Shown here: positions 52,341 through 64,000 of the stretch, piece by piece
How the letters are laid out: every line of letters begins with the position of its first letter
How positions within the stretch are numbered: position 1 is the stretch's first letter
Source of the DNA: Macrostomum hystrix
Taxonomy: Eukaryota > Animalia > Platyhelminthes
DNA: 64,000 nt
Direction: 5' to 3'
Assembly (NCBI GenBank): GCA_950097015.1
Contig: CATNEN010000034.1
Span: 3,596,001-3,660,000 of the forward strand
Translations under genes and position numbers: made by a program
The notes under the pieces: generated by a model
Seen by the model: only the letters and a program-made list of their open reading frames with translations
Database searches by the model: none
Told to the model about the DNA's origin: nothing

Positions 52341-52820
52341 TGGGCCACAACCCTAGACCCCATCAATGGGCCACAAACCTAGACCCCATCAATGGGCCAC
52401 AAACCTAGACCCCATCAATGGGCCACAAACCTAGACCCCATCAATGGGCCACAACCCTAGACCCCATCAATGGGCCACAACCCTAGACCCCATCAATAGG
52501 CCACAACCCTAGACCCCATCAATAGGCCACAACCCTAGACCCCATTAATGGGCCACAACCCTAGACCCCATCAATAGGCCACAACCCTAGACCCCATCAA
52601 TGGGCCACAACCCTAGACCCCATCAATAGGCCACAACCCTAGACCCCATCAATGGGCCACAAACCTAGACCCCATCAATGGGCCACAACCCTAGACCCCA
52701 CCAATGGGCCACAACCCTAGACCACATCAATGGGCCACAACCCTAGACCCCATCAATGGGCCACAACCCTAGACCCCATCAATGGGCCACAACCCTAGAC
52801 CCCATCAATGGGCCATCAAT
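52341..52820. repeat. 26-bp minisatellite (gggccacaaccctagaccccatcaat)
   Basis: About 18 copies, contiguous with the 19-bp array. Confidence 0.95.
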
Positions 52821-52848
52821 GGATAGGTAAATATTTTGCCACCGCCAT

Positions 52849-53220
52849 GGGGGTCGGTGGCAGAGCGGTTTTCGCGTTTGCCTCTCGCATCACGGTCCCT
52901 AAGTTCGATTCCGCGGCGAGGCCACATTTATTTGGGGCGCAGCCGCGGAGAGAAGGCGTGAAGGGTACTTGTCGTGCAATTTACGCCCTTGAGGGCCAAC
53001 CTCCAAGGTACAGTGAGAGTGTACACTGCCTGACGATGAGAAAGTCAGGGCAGATGTACACACCTGTGAGAGCGTATGCCTGCGTACAGTATCTGTGTGC
53101 GTGTACTCAGGAGTCAGCGAAATGGGCAGAATTGCCTCCTCGCTGGCTGCGGGTCTAGTGTCACCAAATGATGTGCCATTGCCCGCAGCCCTCCTGCAAT
53201 TATTATTATTTATTATTATT
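52849..53220 (+). mobile_element. Full-length tRNA-derived SINE (~372 bp)
   Basis: A-box TGGCAGAGCGG (52858-52868), B-box AGTTCGATTCC (52902-52912), (ATT)n tail, and TSD GCCACCGCCAT at 52838-52848 and 53221-53231. Two more copies lie in the window. Confidence 0.9.
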
Positions 53221-53448
53221 GCCACCGCCATATTTTGTGATCTTCACCGAGGCTCTAACCTACGAAAATGATGTACAGTGCTTTACAGCTGTGCTGCAGC
53301 AATTTCTCTCAATTTCTCAAGAGAAGCTGTGCGTATTCACGCAGCTGACACAATAACATCACGCGTATCGAGGTAATCAGGTGGGGCTGAATTGGCATCG
53401 AGTCTAGATCCAGATCTACGCGTGAGTATATCGAGATTTGAAGTGCAC

Positions 53449-53449
<1 letters not shown>

Positions 53450-53484
<35 letters not shown>
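53450..53484. repeat. (CCTG)n microsatellite
   Basis: Direct read. Confidence 0.9.
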
Positions 53485-53485
<1 letters not shown>

Positions 53486-55194
53486 GAGATAGAATGTGAA
53501 CAAGTACAGCTATGGAAGGCAAATTAGTCAGGGAGTGGGACTTAGCGGTAATTTTTTTGCATTAATTAGTAATTTTATTAGACAGAAATGACATTTCCAG
53601 TCCAAAGTCGAATATGCCGATGAGCTGAGAAACCCCGCTCAGAAACCCTCAACTGAAGTGAGGGCCGCGGCGCTTCCTTAATTAGCTCGATTTTTTAGAT
53701 ATAAAAGATGGCTCCCCTCCCGTTTCGCCCTCAATCTGCAGTCTTCAGTCGTTGGGTTCACCCGTTCGCAAAACTGTTGGACTCGCAGCGGACACGAAGC
53801 TTGAGACAGGAAGCTGAGCACGGGACGGGTTAGCGGAGGGAAGGGATTGAATTGAGAAGCTGCGAGAACTATTGCTGGGAGGATTATAGTCAAAAGCAAA
53901 ACGGAAGCCAGAAAATAGAAGCGGGATGTTTGGAGTCAGCCAACTCATCTTGCAGCTGCTGAGTTCAATTCCCTGATAGCTGAGCATCATAATATATACT
54001 AATGCGAGCAATATAGAATGCATAAAGATTGATACGTGTTGAGGTTTATGCCATGTAGTTGCATCCACCATTCTAGGTAGGAATGGATTTTATAAATGGG
54101 TGAGTGGATCTATGGAAATATTTTATGGACTGATGGAAAGATATAATGGATTGTTGGATGACTAGATGGATTAATAGGAATATTAATGAATTGGTGAATA
54201 CATTTATGAATGGATTGATGGATTTGTGGATGAGTTTGATGGATTGGTGGACTAGTTTGATGGATTGGTGGATGGGTTTGATGGATTGGTGGATGAGTTT
54301 GATGGACTTGTGAATGGGTCTGATGGAATATTACTCGTAATTGAAATGAACACTGAGTTAGACGGATGGCTGCACATGAATGGTGTAAAAATGCAATCCG
54401 AATGTCTTACACTTAGACGCGGCTCCTTATCTAATCTGCTTAGTGACTAGACAAGCAGCTACAGAAGCTCCGTTTGCGATTAATTAATCAATCGAAGGGA
54501 CGCTTGCTGCGTCAGTCAAACATCAATTTCATCTACTGCCCCAGGCTAAGCAGAACTAGAACAGCCCTACAGAGTCCAGTTATCTCGCCGGCAATGACTG
54601 AATTTCAGTCGCCCCGTCGCATCGGCACTCTGATTCAGCGCCGATAGATTCGTTAATTGAGCAGAAAAATAAGCAGAGCAGAGCACACTGGATGCCGACA
54701 CATTGTACTCGTCAGTGGCGGGCGAGCAGACTGTGATCAACTTCTTACAGGGACACAGATGAGAAATAAATTGTTTGTGACACGGGGCCTAGAATTTTTC
54801 TAACATCAGTGCAATGCCAGTACTGTTTTTATACTGCTTATACTATTAGTATTATTTATGTAATTTAATTTCATAATATTGTAAATATCTATTCCCAAAC
54901 CAAGGTAAAGTCTATGAAGATGTGTTTGCTTGGTCGGTTTCAGATCTAAAAATTTCAGTTAAGACGCTTCTAAGGTTTCTAGGCAGCGACTGGTTTCGGT
55001 TATAAAGTAATGAAACTCTGAAATGTATGCGAATTTATATAGTGTGCAGTTCAATATGCTAGACTTACTCGTAGCTATCAGGCTAGAATTAGAGATAAAA
55101 AAGAAGAAGATTTCATTGCCAAAAGATAAAAAATACGAATAATATCATTTTCGAAGTGTAAAGTTCAGATAGAGCAGAACTCAGATTGCCTGAA

Positions 55195-56120
55195 GTCTAG
55201 GAGAAACAGCCCTCATATCACCTGAAGATTTCTGTAGAAAGAGACCTCAGTTTACCAGAATATTTCTGTAGAAACACACCTCAGTTTACCTGAATATTTC
55301 TGTAGAAACACACCTCAGTTTACCTGAAGATTTCTGTAGAAACACACCTCAGTTTACCTGAAGATTTCTGTAGAAAGAGACCTCAGTTTACCTGAATATT
55401 TCTGTAGAAACACACCTCAGTTTACCTGAAGATTTCTGTAGAAACACACCTCAGTTTGCCTGAAGATTTCTGTAGAAACACACCTCAGTTTACCTGAATA
55501 TTTCTGTAGAAACACACCTCAGTTTACCTGAAGATTTCTGTAGAAACACATCTCAGTTTACCTGAATATTTCTGTAGAAACACACCTCAGGTTACCTGAA
55601 GATTTCTGTAGAAACACACCTCAGTTTACCTGAAGATTTCTGTAGAAAGAGACTTCAGTTTACCTGAAGATTTCTGAAGAAACACACCTCAGGTTACCTG
55701 AAGATTTCTGTAGAAACACACCTCAGGTTACCTGAAGATTTCTGAAGAAACACACCTCAGTTTACCTGAATATTTCTGTAGAAAGAGACCTCAGTTTACC
55801 TGAAGATTTCTGTAGAAACACACCTCAGTTTACCTGAATATTTCTGTAGAAAGAGACCTCAGTTTACCTGAATATTTCTGTAGAAAAACACCTCAGTTTA
55901 CCTGAAGATTTCTGTAGAAACACACCTCAGTTTACCTGAAGATTTCTGAAGAAACACACCTCAGTTTACCTGAAGATTTCTGTAGAAACACACCTCAGGT
56001 TACCTGAAGATTTCTGAAGAAACACACCTCAGTTTACCTGAAGATTTCTGTAGAAACACACCTCAGGTTACCTGAAGATTTCTGTAGAAACACACCTCAG
56101 GTTACCTGAAGATTTCTGTT
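55195..56120. repeat. 34-bp minisatellite (cacctcagtttacctgaagatttctgtagaaaca)
   Basis: About 27 copies. Confidence 0.96.
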
Positions 56121-56247
56121 CAAAAAGACCCCAGAAACGAAGGAAAATAGCAGTAAATTACTCGTAGTTTAGAATATTTGCAAGAATTTTCGTGCGCAGT
56201 CGCGCTCAGCCAACTGAAGTCCAGTACATATTGCAAAGTTTTCTCAT

Positions 56248-57286
56248 TCAATCCCTGTGTAATGTGGCACTCGCGGCCGCGGTCTCCTCAATCGCCACAG
56301 CCGTAGAGGCGTCCTCCGCAGCCAACGACTGATTCTGACAGTCCGCGGTGACGGACTCCGCAGTCGGCGGTTCCAGCTCCGCCTCGACGATGGCTTCGCA
56401 GATCTCGGCGTACTTGCCGAACGACAGAAACCCGGCGATCACCATGCCCTCCAGGGTCTTCATCTCCTTCTTGGCGTCCGTGGACAGTTCGGAGGGGATC
56501 GGCTTGAAGCCGAAGCGCTGCTGCTGCTTGGAGTGGGAAGTGCCGGCGGCGTGACTGCGGCAATGCTGGCGCCTGATCTGCGGCTACGGCATGAGAGCGT
56601 GAGGGTGAGATGGTGAGTGTAAGGGTGAGAGTGAGAGTGAGAGCGGGAGAGTGAGAGCGGGAGAGTGAGAGCGGGAGAGTGGGAGCGGGAGAGTGAGAGC
56701 GGGAGAGTGGGAGCGGGAGAGTGAGAGCGGGAGAGTGAGAGCGGGAGAGTGGGAGCGGGAGAGTGAGAGCGGGAGAGTGGGAGCGGGAGAGTGAGAGCGG
56801 GAGAGTGAGAGCGGGAGAGTGAGAGCGGGAGAGTGAGAGCGGGAGAGTGAGAGCGGGAGAGTGAGAGCGGGAGAGTGAGAGCGGGAGAGTGGGAGCGGGA
56901 GAGTGAGAGCGGGAGAGTGAGAGCGGGAGAGTGAGAGCGGGAGAGTGAGAGCGGGAGAGTGAGAGCGGGAGAGTGAGAGCGGATACTCGAATATCAGAGT
57001 ATTACGAGCTAGATTAGAGCTAAATAATATTACTGCTCACTTTTGAGAACGATTGCTGCTGCTGTTGCTGCTGTTGCTGCTTTCTTTGACTGTTCGAGCC
57101 GATGCCGACGGAAGCTGATGCCGATGCCGACGCCGACGAAGATGGTGCCGCATCGCTCGAGCCTCCACTGGCGCCGAGCCTGTCAGAAAGCTGCGGCAGC
57201 TCGTTGCTGTTCTTGTTGCTGCTGCTGCTGCTGCCGCTGCCGCTGTCTTGGGAGATGCACCGCAGAACCAGCCCCATGCCTTTCAT
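56248..57286 (-). CDS. Uncharacterised protein (~190 aa), low-complexity N-terminal part, possible SHOCT-like C-terminal motif
   Basis: Exons 57286..57041 (donor AAA|GTGAGC) and 56583..56248 (acceptor CCGTAG|) join in phase 0. Both are GC-rich with poly-Q/S like other genes here. The start codon is uncertain. Confidence 0.6.
56625..56983. repeat. 14-bp minisatellite (gagagtgagagcgg) in an intron
   Basis: About 25 copies. Confidence 0.96.
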
Positions 57287-58004
57287 TGGCCAATAATGGA
57301 TAAATAGGCTCAATTGGTCAGTGCAGTTGGCAAATGTTAATCGTAAATAAAAAATTAGGGATGCAATTTTTCGGCTAATCTGTTTTCCATAGACTGTGCT
57401 ACCCGGTGCATCAGATGCGAAACAAGCAATTCAACAGAAAGAATTTTTAGAAGCTTCCGCTTTCATTCTTAATTCTCTCAATATCCTCTCATAGATTGAA
57501 GCTGTCTCCAGCAACTGGCGACGGATCAGGAGGGGATTATCGAGGCACGAAATCACTTCCTAATATTATATCTGCGAGCAGCAGAGCGGATTAGGCTGGG
57601 CATTGAAAAGCGCATAGGATGCGGGCAGCCTCTCTATGCGTTAATCTCAGGGCAATCGGTTTAATCTGCGCCTTCATCAACCCGGCATAGGGGCATAGTG
57701 ATGATTCTGTCAACTCCCCACCTGAGGAACAAGAGTAAATGATCATTTTGGGACATGTTTGGAAATTAACATAACAAATGATGACAGAATTTTTTAAGGT
57801 TGCTTTTTGAGTTTTCTCCACTGGTGTTTGTAAATAATTAAGAACTTAAACGAACCTTAGCTGAAGATTCCTTAAACAAGGAATGAAAATCCTAGACGAT
57901 AGCAGCATAGTTCAAGCAAAAAATTGAAATTCTTTTAGAGTAATTAAATTTGCCAGCTATTATCAAAATTTGCGTCCTCCAGTGGCTAAATTGAGCTGGA
58001 CCGC

Positions 58005-59162
58005 ATCATTGCAGCCACAAGAGAAACTGGACCGCATCATTGCAGCCACAAGAGTAACTGGACCGCATCATAGCAGCCACAAAAGAAACTGGACCGCATC
58101 ATTGCAGCCACAAGAGTAACTGTACCGCATCATTGCAGCCACAAGAGTAACTGGACCGCATCATTGCAGCCACAAGAGAAACTGGACCGCATCATTGCAG
58201 CCACAAGAGTAACTGGACCGCATCATAGCAGCCACAAAAGAAACTGGACCGCATCATTGCAGCCACAAGAGTAACTGTACCGCATCATTGCAGCCACAAG
58301 AGTAACTGGACCGCATCATTGCAGCCACAAGAGTAACTGGACCGCATCATTGCAGCCACAAGAGAAACTGTACCGCATCATTGCAGCCACAAGAGAAACT
58401 GTACCGCATCATAGCAGCCACAAAAGAAACTGGACCGCATCATTGCAGCCACAAGAGAAACTGGACCGCATCATTGCAGCCACAAGAGAAACTGGACCGC
58501 ATCATTGCAGCCACAAGAGAAACTGTACCGCATCATTGCAGCCACAAGAGAAACTGTACCGCATCATAGCAGCCACAAAAGAAACTGGACCGCATCATTG
58601 CAGCCACAAGAGAAACTGGACCGCATCATTGCAGCCACAAGAGAAACTGGACCGCATCATTGCAGCCACAAGAGAAACTGGACCGCATCATTGCAGCCAC
58701 AAGAGTAACTGGACCGCATCATTGCAGCCACAAGAGTAACTGGACCGCATCATTGCAGCCACAAGAGTAACTGGACCGCATCATTGCAGCCACTAGAGTA
58801 ACTGGACCGCATCATTGCAGCCACAAGAGTAACTGGACCGCATCATTGCAGCCACAAGAGAAACTGGACCGCATCATTGCAGCCACAAGAGTAACTGGAC
58901 CGCATCATTGCAGCCACTAGAGTACCTGGACCGCATCATTGCAGCCACAAGAGTAACTGGACCGCATCATTGCAGCCACAAGAGAAACTGGACCGCATCA
59001 TTGCAGCCTCATTAAAGAAACTGGACCGCATCGTTGCAGCCTCACTAAAGAAACTGGACCGCATCGTTGCAGCCTCACTAAAGAAACTGGACCGCATCAT
59101 TGCAGCCTCCTTAAGAAACTGGACCGCATCATTGCAGCCTCCTTAAGAAACTGGACCGCATC
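58005..59162. repeat. 31-bp minisatellite (ctggaccgcatcattgcagccacaagagtaa)
   Basis: About 37 copies. Confidence 0.97.
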
Positions 59163-59599
59163 ACTGTCGTAGCTCATCACTTGAAAAGTTCTTTTCGTAT
59201 CTTAGATACAACGATCTTACGTTTTTTGAATTGCTCTCTGAGCTTATTTGAGCAATACTAACATAACATTAATAAGACAAGCTTACCAATGGGCATATTA
59301 CTGTCGCAGTAATTAGACAATTATAGAATGTTTTATTGATAATTCAAAAATAAACAGTAGTCGCTTTGCTTTTTCTATTCGAATGCGTCTAGGTATATCA
59401 TGCAGATCTGTATTGCACACTGCAAGTCTTTATAAGGAGCTGGGATGCGCTAATCTTAGCGAATCCGGGGCACTGCCAGCTATCTGCCAGAGCCAATAAC
59501 ACCATAGCTAATATATTTCGTTACCTACGAGTTTCCTACACTACTCACAAGAAGCTGGATGGAATATCGCCAATATTTAAACTTAAGCTATTGTCGGAT

Positions 59600-60545
59600 G
59601 TAATCGGAGTGACAATAAATATATTCGACTGTTCGAATTTGCTAATTACGACCTATAGTGACTATAAATAGATTCGAATCTTCTAAGTTCCTAATAGAAG
59701 TTACTATAAATAGATTCTGCTGTTTTAATTTCCTAATTGTAGTGACTATAAATATAATAGATTCTGCTGTTTTAATTTCCTAATTGTAGTGACTATAAAT
59801 AGATTCTGCTGTTTTAATTTTCTAATTGTAGTGACTATAAATAGATTCTGCTGTTTTAATTTCCTAATTGTAGTGACTATAAATAGATTCTGCTGTTTTA
59901 ATTTCCTAATTGTAGTGACTATAAATAGATTCTGCCGTTTTAATTTCCTAATTGTAGTGACTATAAATAGATTCTGCTGTTTTAATTTCCTAATTGTAGT
60001 GACTATAAATAGATTCTGCCGTTTTAATTTCCTAATTGTAGTGACTATAAATAGATTCTGCCGTTTTAATTTCCTAATTGTAGTGACTATAAATAGATTC
60101 TGCCGTTTTAATTTCCTAATTGTAGTGACTATAAATAGATTCTGCCGTTTTAATTTCCTAATTGTAGTGACTATAAATAGATTCTGCCGTTTTAATTTCC
60201 TAATTGTAGTGACTATAAATAGATTCTGCCGTTTTAATTTCCTAATTGTAGTGACTATAAATAGATTCTGCTGTTTTAATTTCCTAATTATTGTGACTTT
60301 AAATATATCAGTATATCTTAATAAATCTTAAATATATAGATTCGAACAGTCGAATCTATAGATTCGACTGTTCGAATTTCCTAATTATAGTGACTATAAA
60401 TAGATTCGATTGCTATCATTTCCTAATTGTAGTGACTATAAATAGATTCGACTCTTCTAATATCCTAATAGGAATGACTATAAATAGATACGACTGTTCG
60501 AATTTCCTAATTGTAGTGACAATAAATAGATTCTGCTGTTCGAAT
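59600..60545. repeat. 42-bp minisatellite (taaatagattctgctgttttaatttcctaattgtagtgacta)
   Basis: Homogeneous centre with divergent flanking copies. Confidence 0.95.
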
Positions 60546-61124
60546 TAAACAATGAAGAAACAGCAATCAGTAGAGCAGTAACCCAGTGAAAGTTTACATC
60601 ACACATTTTCTTGTGCATTCTAAGCATTAGACAATTATATAGTATTCTAGACTTTGAATTAAATCTATACGACTGTATATTTTGAATTACAAAAAAAATC
60701 ATGCAGATTACAGTGATTAGGTTAACGCAAGCTTTAGAAAAATCGAAACACTAAATAATTTTCTAACGGTAGAAGTATCAGAGTCGAACAATTGAGTTGA
60801 AGGCGAGAGGCGCGCACAGGTTAGGAAACATCACAAGCTCGGGCGGGGGGGCCGGCACACACCTATTGCTGTTTTGCTGTCTTTCGGTACAAAGAAAACT
60901 GGCTATGAACTATCACAGTTGCTAAAGAACACGGACAGACACAAAGCATGGATGGGAGTGGTAAATAAAGTGCATTAGTTAAAAAAACGAAAACTCAATT
61001 CAAAGCACATAAAATCTGACATAAAAAACACAGATTACAAATGTTTTTTGTCATACTCAAGTGCCTGTAGAAATCCTTTCTTACAGTAATGTTTGAGGAT
61101 TGAGAATTGGTGTTTCAGTATTTG

Positions 61125-63320
61125 GATCTGATGTTTCAAGGCTGACATCTGATGTTTCAGGACTGACATCTGATGCTTCAGGATTGACATCTGATGTTTC
61201 AGAATTGACATTTGATGTTTCAGGACTGACAACTGATGTTTCAGAATTGACATCTGATGTTTCAGGATTGACATCTGATGTTTCAGGACTGACATCTGAT
61301 GTTTCAGGATTGACATCTGATGTTTCAGGACTGACATCTGATGTTTCAGGACTGACATCTGATGTTTCAGGATTGACATCTGATGTTTCAGGACTGACAT
61401 CTGATGTTTCAGGATTGACATCTGATGTTTCAGAATTGACATCTGATGTTTCAGGATTGACATCTGATGTTTCAGGACTGACATCTGATGTTTCAGGATT
61501 GACATCTGATGTTTCAGGATTGACATTTGATGTTTCAGGACTGACAACTGATGTTTCAGAATTGACATCTGATGTTTCAGGATTGACATCTGATGTTTCA
61601 GGACTGACATCTGATGTTTCAGGATTGACATCTGATGTTTCAGGACTGACATCTGATGTTTCAGGACTGACATCTGATGTTTCAGGATTGACATCTGATG
61701 TTTCAGGACTGACATCTGATGTTTCAGGATTGACATCTGATGTTTCAGAATTGACATCTGATGTTTCAGGATTGACATCTGATGTTTCAGGACTGACATC
61801 TGATGTTTCAGGATTGACATCTGATGTTTCAGAATTGACATCTGATGTTTCAGGATTGACATCTGATGTTTCAGGATTGACATCTGATGTTTCAGGATTG
61901 ACATCTGATGTTTCAGAATTGACATCTGATGTTTCAGAATTGACATCTGATGTTTCAGGATTGACATCTGATGTTTCAGGATTGACATCTGATGTTTCAG
62001 AATTGACATCTGATGCTTCAGGATTGACATCTGATGTTTCAGGACTGACATCTGATGTTTCAGGACTGACATCGGATGTTTCAGGATTCACATTTGATGT
62101 TTCAGAATTGACATCTGATGTTTCAGGATTGACATCTGATGTTTCAGGATTGACATCTGATGTTTCAGGACTGACATCTGATGTTTCAGGATTGACATCT
62201 GATGTTTCAGGACTGACATTTGATGTTTCAGAATTGACATCTGATTTTTCAGGATTGACATCTGATGTTTCAGGACTGACATCTGATGTTTCAGGATTGA
62301 CATCTGATGTTTCAGGACTGATATATGATGTTTTAGAATTGACATTTGATGTTTCAGGATTGACATCTGATGTTTCAGGATTGACATTTGATGTTTCAGA
62401 ACTGACATTTGATGTTTCAGAATTGACATCTGATTTTTCAGGACTGACATCTGATGCTTCAGGATTGACATCTGATGTTTCAGGACTGACATCTGATGTT
62501 TCAGAATTGACATCTGATGTTTCAGGATTGACATCTGATGTTTCAGGACTGACATCTGATGTTTCAGGATTGACATCTGATGTTTCAGAACTGACATGTG
62601 ATGTTTCAGGACTGACATCTGATGTTTCAGGACTGACATGTGATGTTTCAGAATTGACATTTGATGTTTCAGGACTGACATCTAATGTTTCAGGATTGAC
62701 ATTTGATGTTTCAGGATTGACATCTGATGTTTCAGGATTGACATTTGATGTTTCAGAATTGACATTTGATGTTTCAGAATTGACACCGGATGTTTCAGGA
62801 CTGACATCTAATGTTTCAGGACTGACATCTGATGCTTCAGGACTGACATTTGATGTTTCAGAATTGACATCTGATGTTTCAGGATTGACATCTGATGTTT
62901 CAGGACTGACATCTGATGTTTCAGGATTGACATCTGATGTTTCAGGACTGACATGTGATGTTTCAGGACTGACATCTGATGTTTCAGGATTGACATGTGA
63001 TGTTTCAGGATTGACATTTGATGTTTCAGAATTGACATTTGATGTTTCAGAATTGACATCTGATGTTTCAGGATTGACATCTGATGTTTCAGGACTGACA
63101 TCTGATGTTTCAGGATTGACATCTGATGTTTCAGGACTGACATGTGATGTTTCAGGACTGACATCTGATGTTTCAGGATTGACATGTGATGTTTCAGGAT
63201 TGACATTTGATGTTTCAGAATTGACATTTGATGTTTCAGAATTGACACCTGATGTTTCAGGACTGACATCTGATGTTTTAGGATTGACATCTAATGTTTC
63301 AGGACTGACATGTGATGTTA
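61125..63320. repeat. 21-bp minisatellite (gatgtttcaggactgacatct)
   Basis: About 104 copies; source of the 747-aa TSDVSGL pseudo-ORF. Confidence 0.97.
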
Positions 63321-64000
63321 TGGATTACGATATGTTTTTTTAGGATTAGGATCTGATGTTTTTGGATTGGGATCTGACGTTTTTGGATTGAGATGTTTCA
63401 GGACTGGGGTGCAAACTTCAGGACTTTGACTTGGTGAATGATATGAAGGCCGATATGCCAATAGTATTTACCTATTCTAATCTATATTAGTAACGTACCC
63501 GCAAAGTGAAGTATAAATTAAATAAACAAAGACAAACAGGATCTGTACTTTTGCACACTGACACACGCAGACCCAGATGCAACGCTTTTGCAGTGCTAGA
63601 GGCTGAAAGCAGAAAAGTGCAAGAAGCCGTGCAAAATGCCTATCTAACTAGCCCCATTGCTGTCTACATGAAAATAAGAACTCAATTGAAGTTTGGCTCA
63701 TTAGGAAGCCATAAAATGTTCCTAATTTCATCAGTTTTTAAGGCGTCACAAAAGCAAGCCCAGGTAATTTCACACTGTTAGTGAATATTGTAGCATATTG
63801 CATAATTGAATAGCTGCAGTGAGGTAACTAGTATTAAAATAACACTGACCAATTGTAACGGAGACAAAGTACGCAGTATGCAGCCATTGATTTTTCTATT
63901 AATCATTTATTTTCCAAGGATTTGCCGCGCAAAGGCGAAAAAAGCAAGCGAGAGGACACGATGATGTCGGCACAAAATTAAAGTAAAAACATCAATAAGG

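Noticed and set aside
52849-52925. Possible tRNA gene
   Set aside because: A and B boxes are present, but I could not fold a proper cloverleaf, and it continues into a repeated body with tail and TSD; it is a SINE head.
55195-56120. Hammerhead core words (CTGAAGA...GAAAC) in the 34-bp unit; CTGANGA also in the 17-bp satellite and the SINE
   Set aside because: Stems I and II cannot be formed with correct pairing; the 17-bp unit lacks GAAA and the SINE has no stem II.
61100-63343. 747-aa ORF of TSDVSGL heptads, plus antisense ORFs
   Set aside because: The 21-bp unit lacks stops in several frames, the start is TTG, and there is no unique domain or clear splice context. Stranded RNA-seq coverage would be needed to revive it as a repetitive structural protein.

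Overview
Repeat-rich eukaryotic (metazoan) DNA in which GC-rich exons sit as islands between about 30 minisatellite arrays (12-45 bp units). The style resembles a flatworm such as Macrostomum lignano; this is an inference from composition only. Spliced gene models built by hand from GT-AG sites and reading frame: a double SUEL/Gal-lectin protein (+, 4.9-10.4 kb) that probably joins a transmembrane/cytoplasmic exon at 21.4-22.2 kb (EVA-1-like architecture), a divergent Skp1 (-), RanBP3 (-), golgin-84/GOLGA5 (+), a ~748-aa multi-zinc-finger protein (+) and a small unknown protein (-). Mobile elements: a tRNA-derived SINE family (one full copy with target-site duplication and two truncated copies), a MITE with telomere-like subterminal motifs, and a foldback element. 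Most notable observations: a possible pair of divergent trans-spliced operons, an inverted pair of minisatellites flanking exon-like sequence, five tandem in-frame splice acceptors, and a candidate antisense nested gene with a CCAAT-box cluster. Most long ORFs in the supplied track are artefacts of tandem arrays. No CRISPR, rRNA or tRNA genes were found. Array boundaries are approximate.
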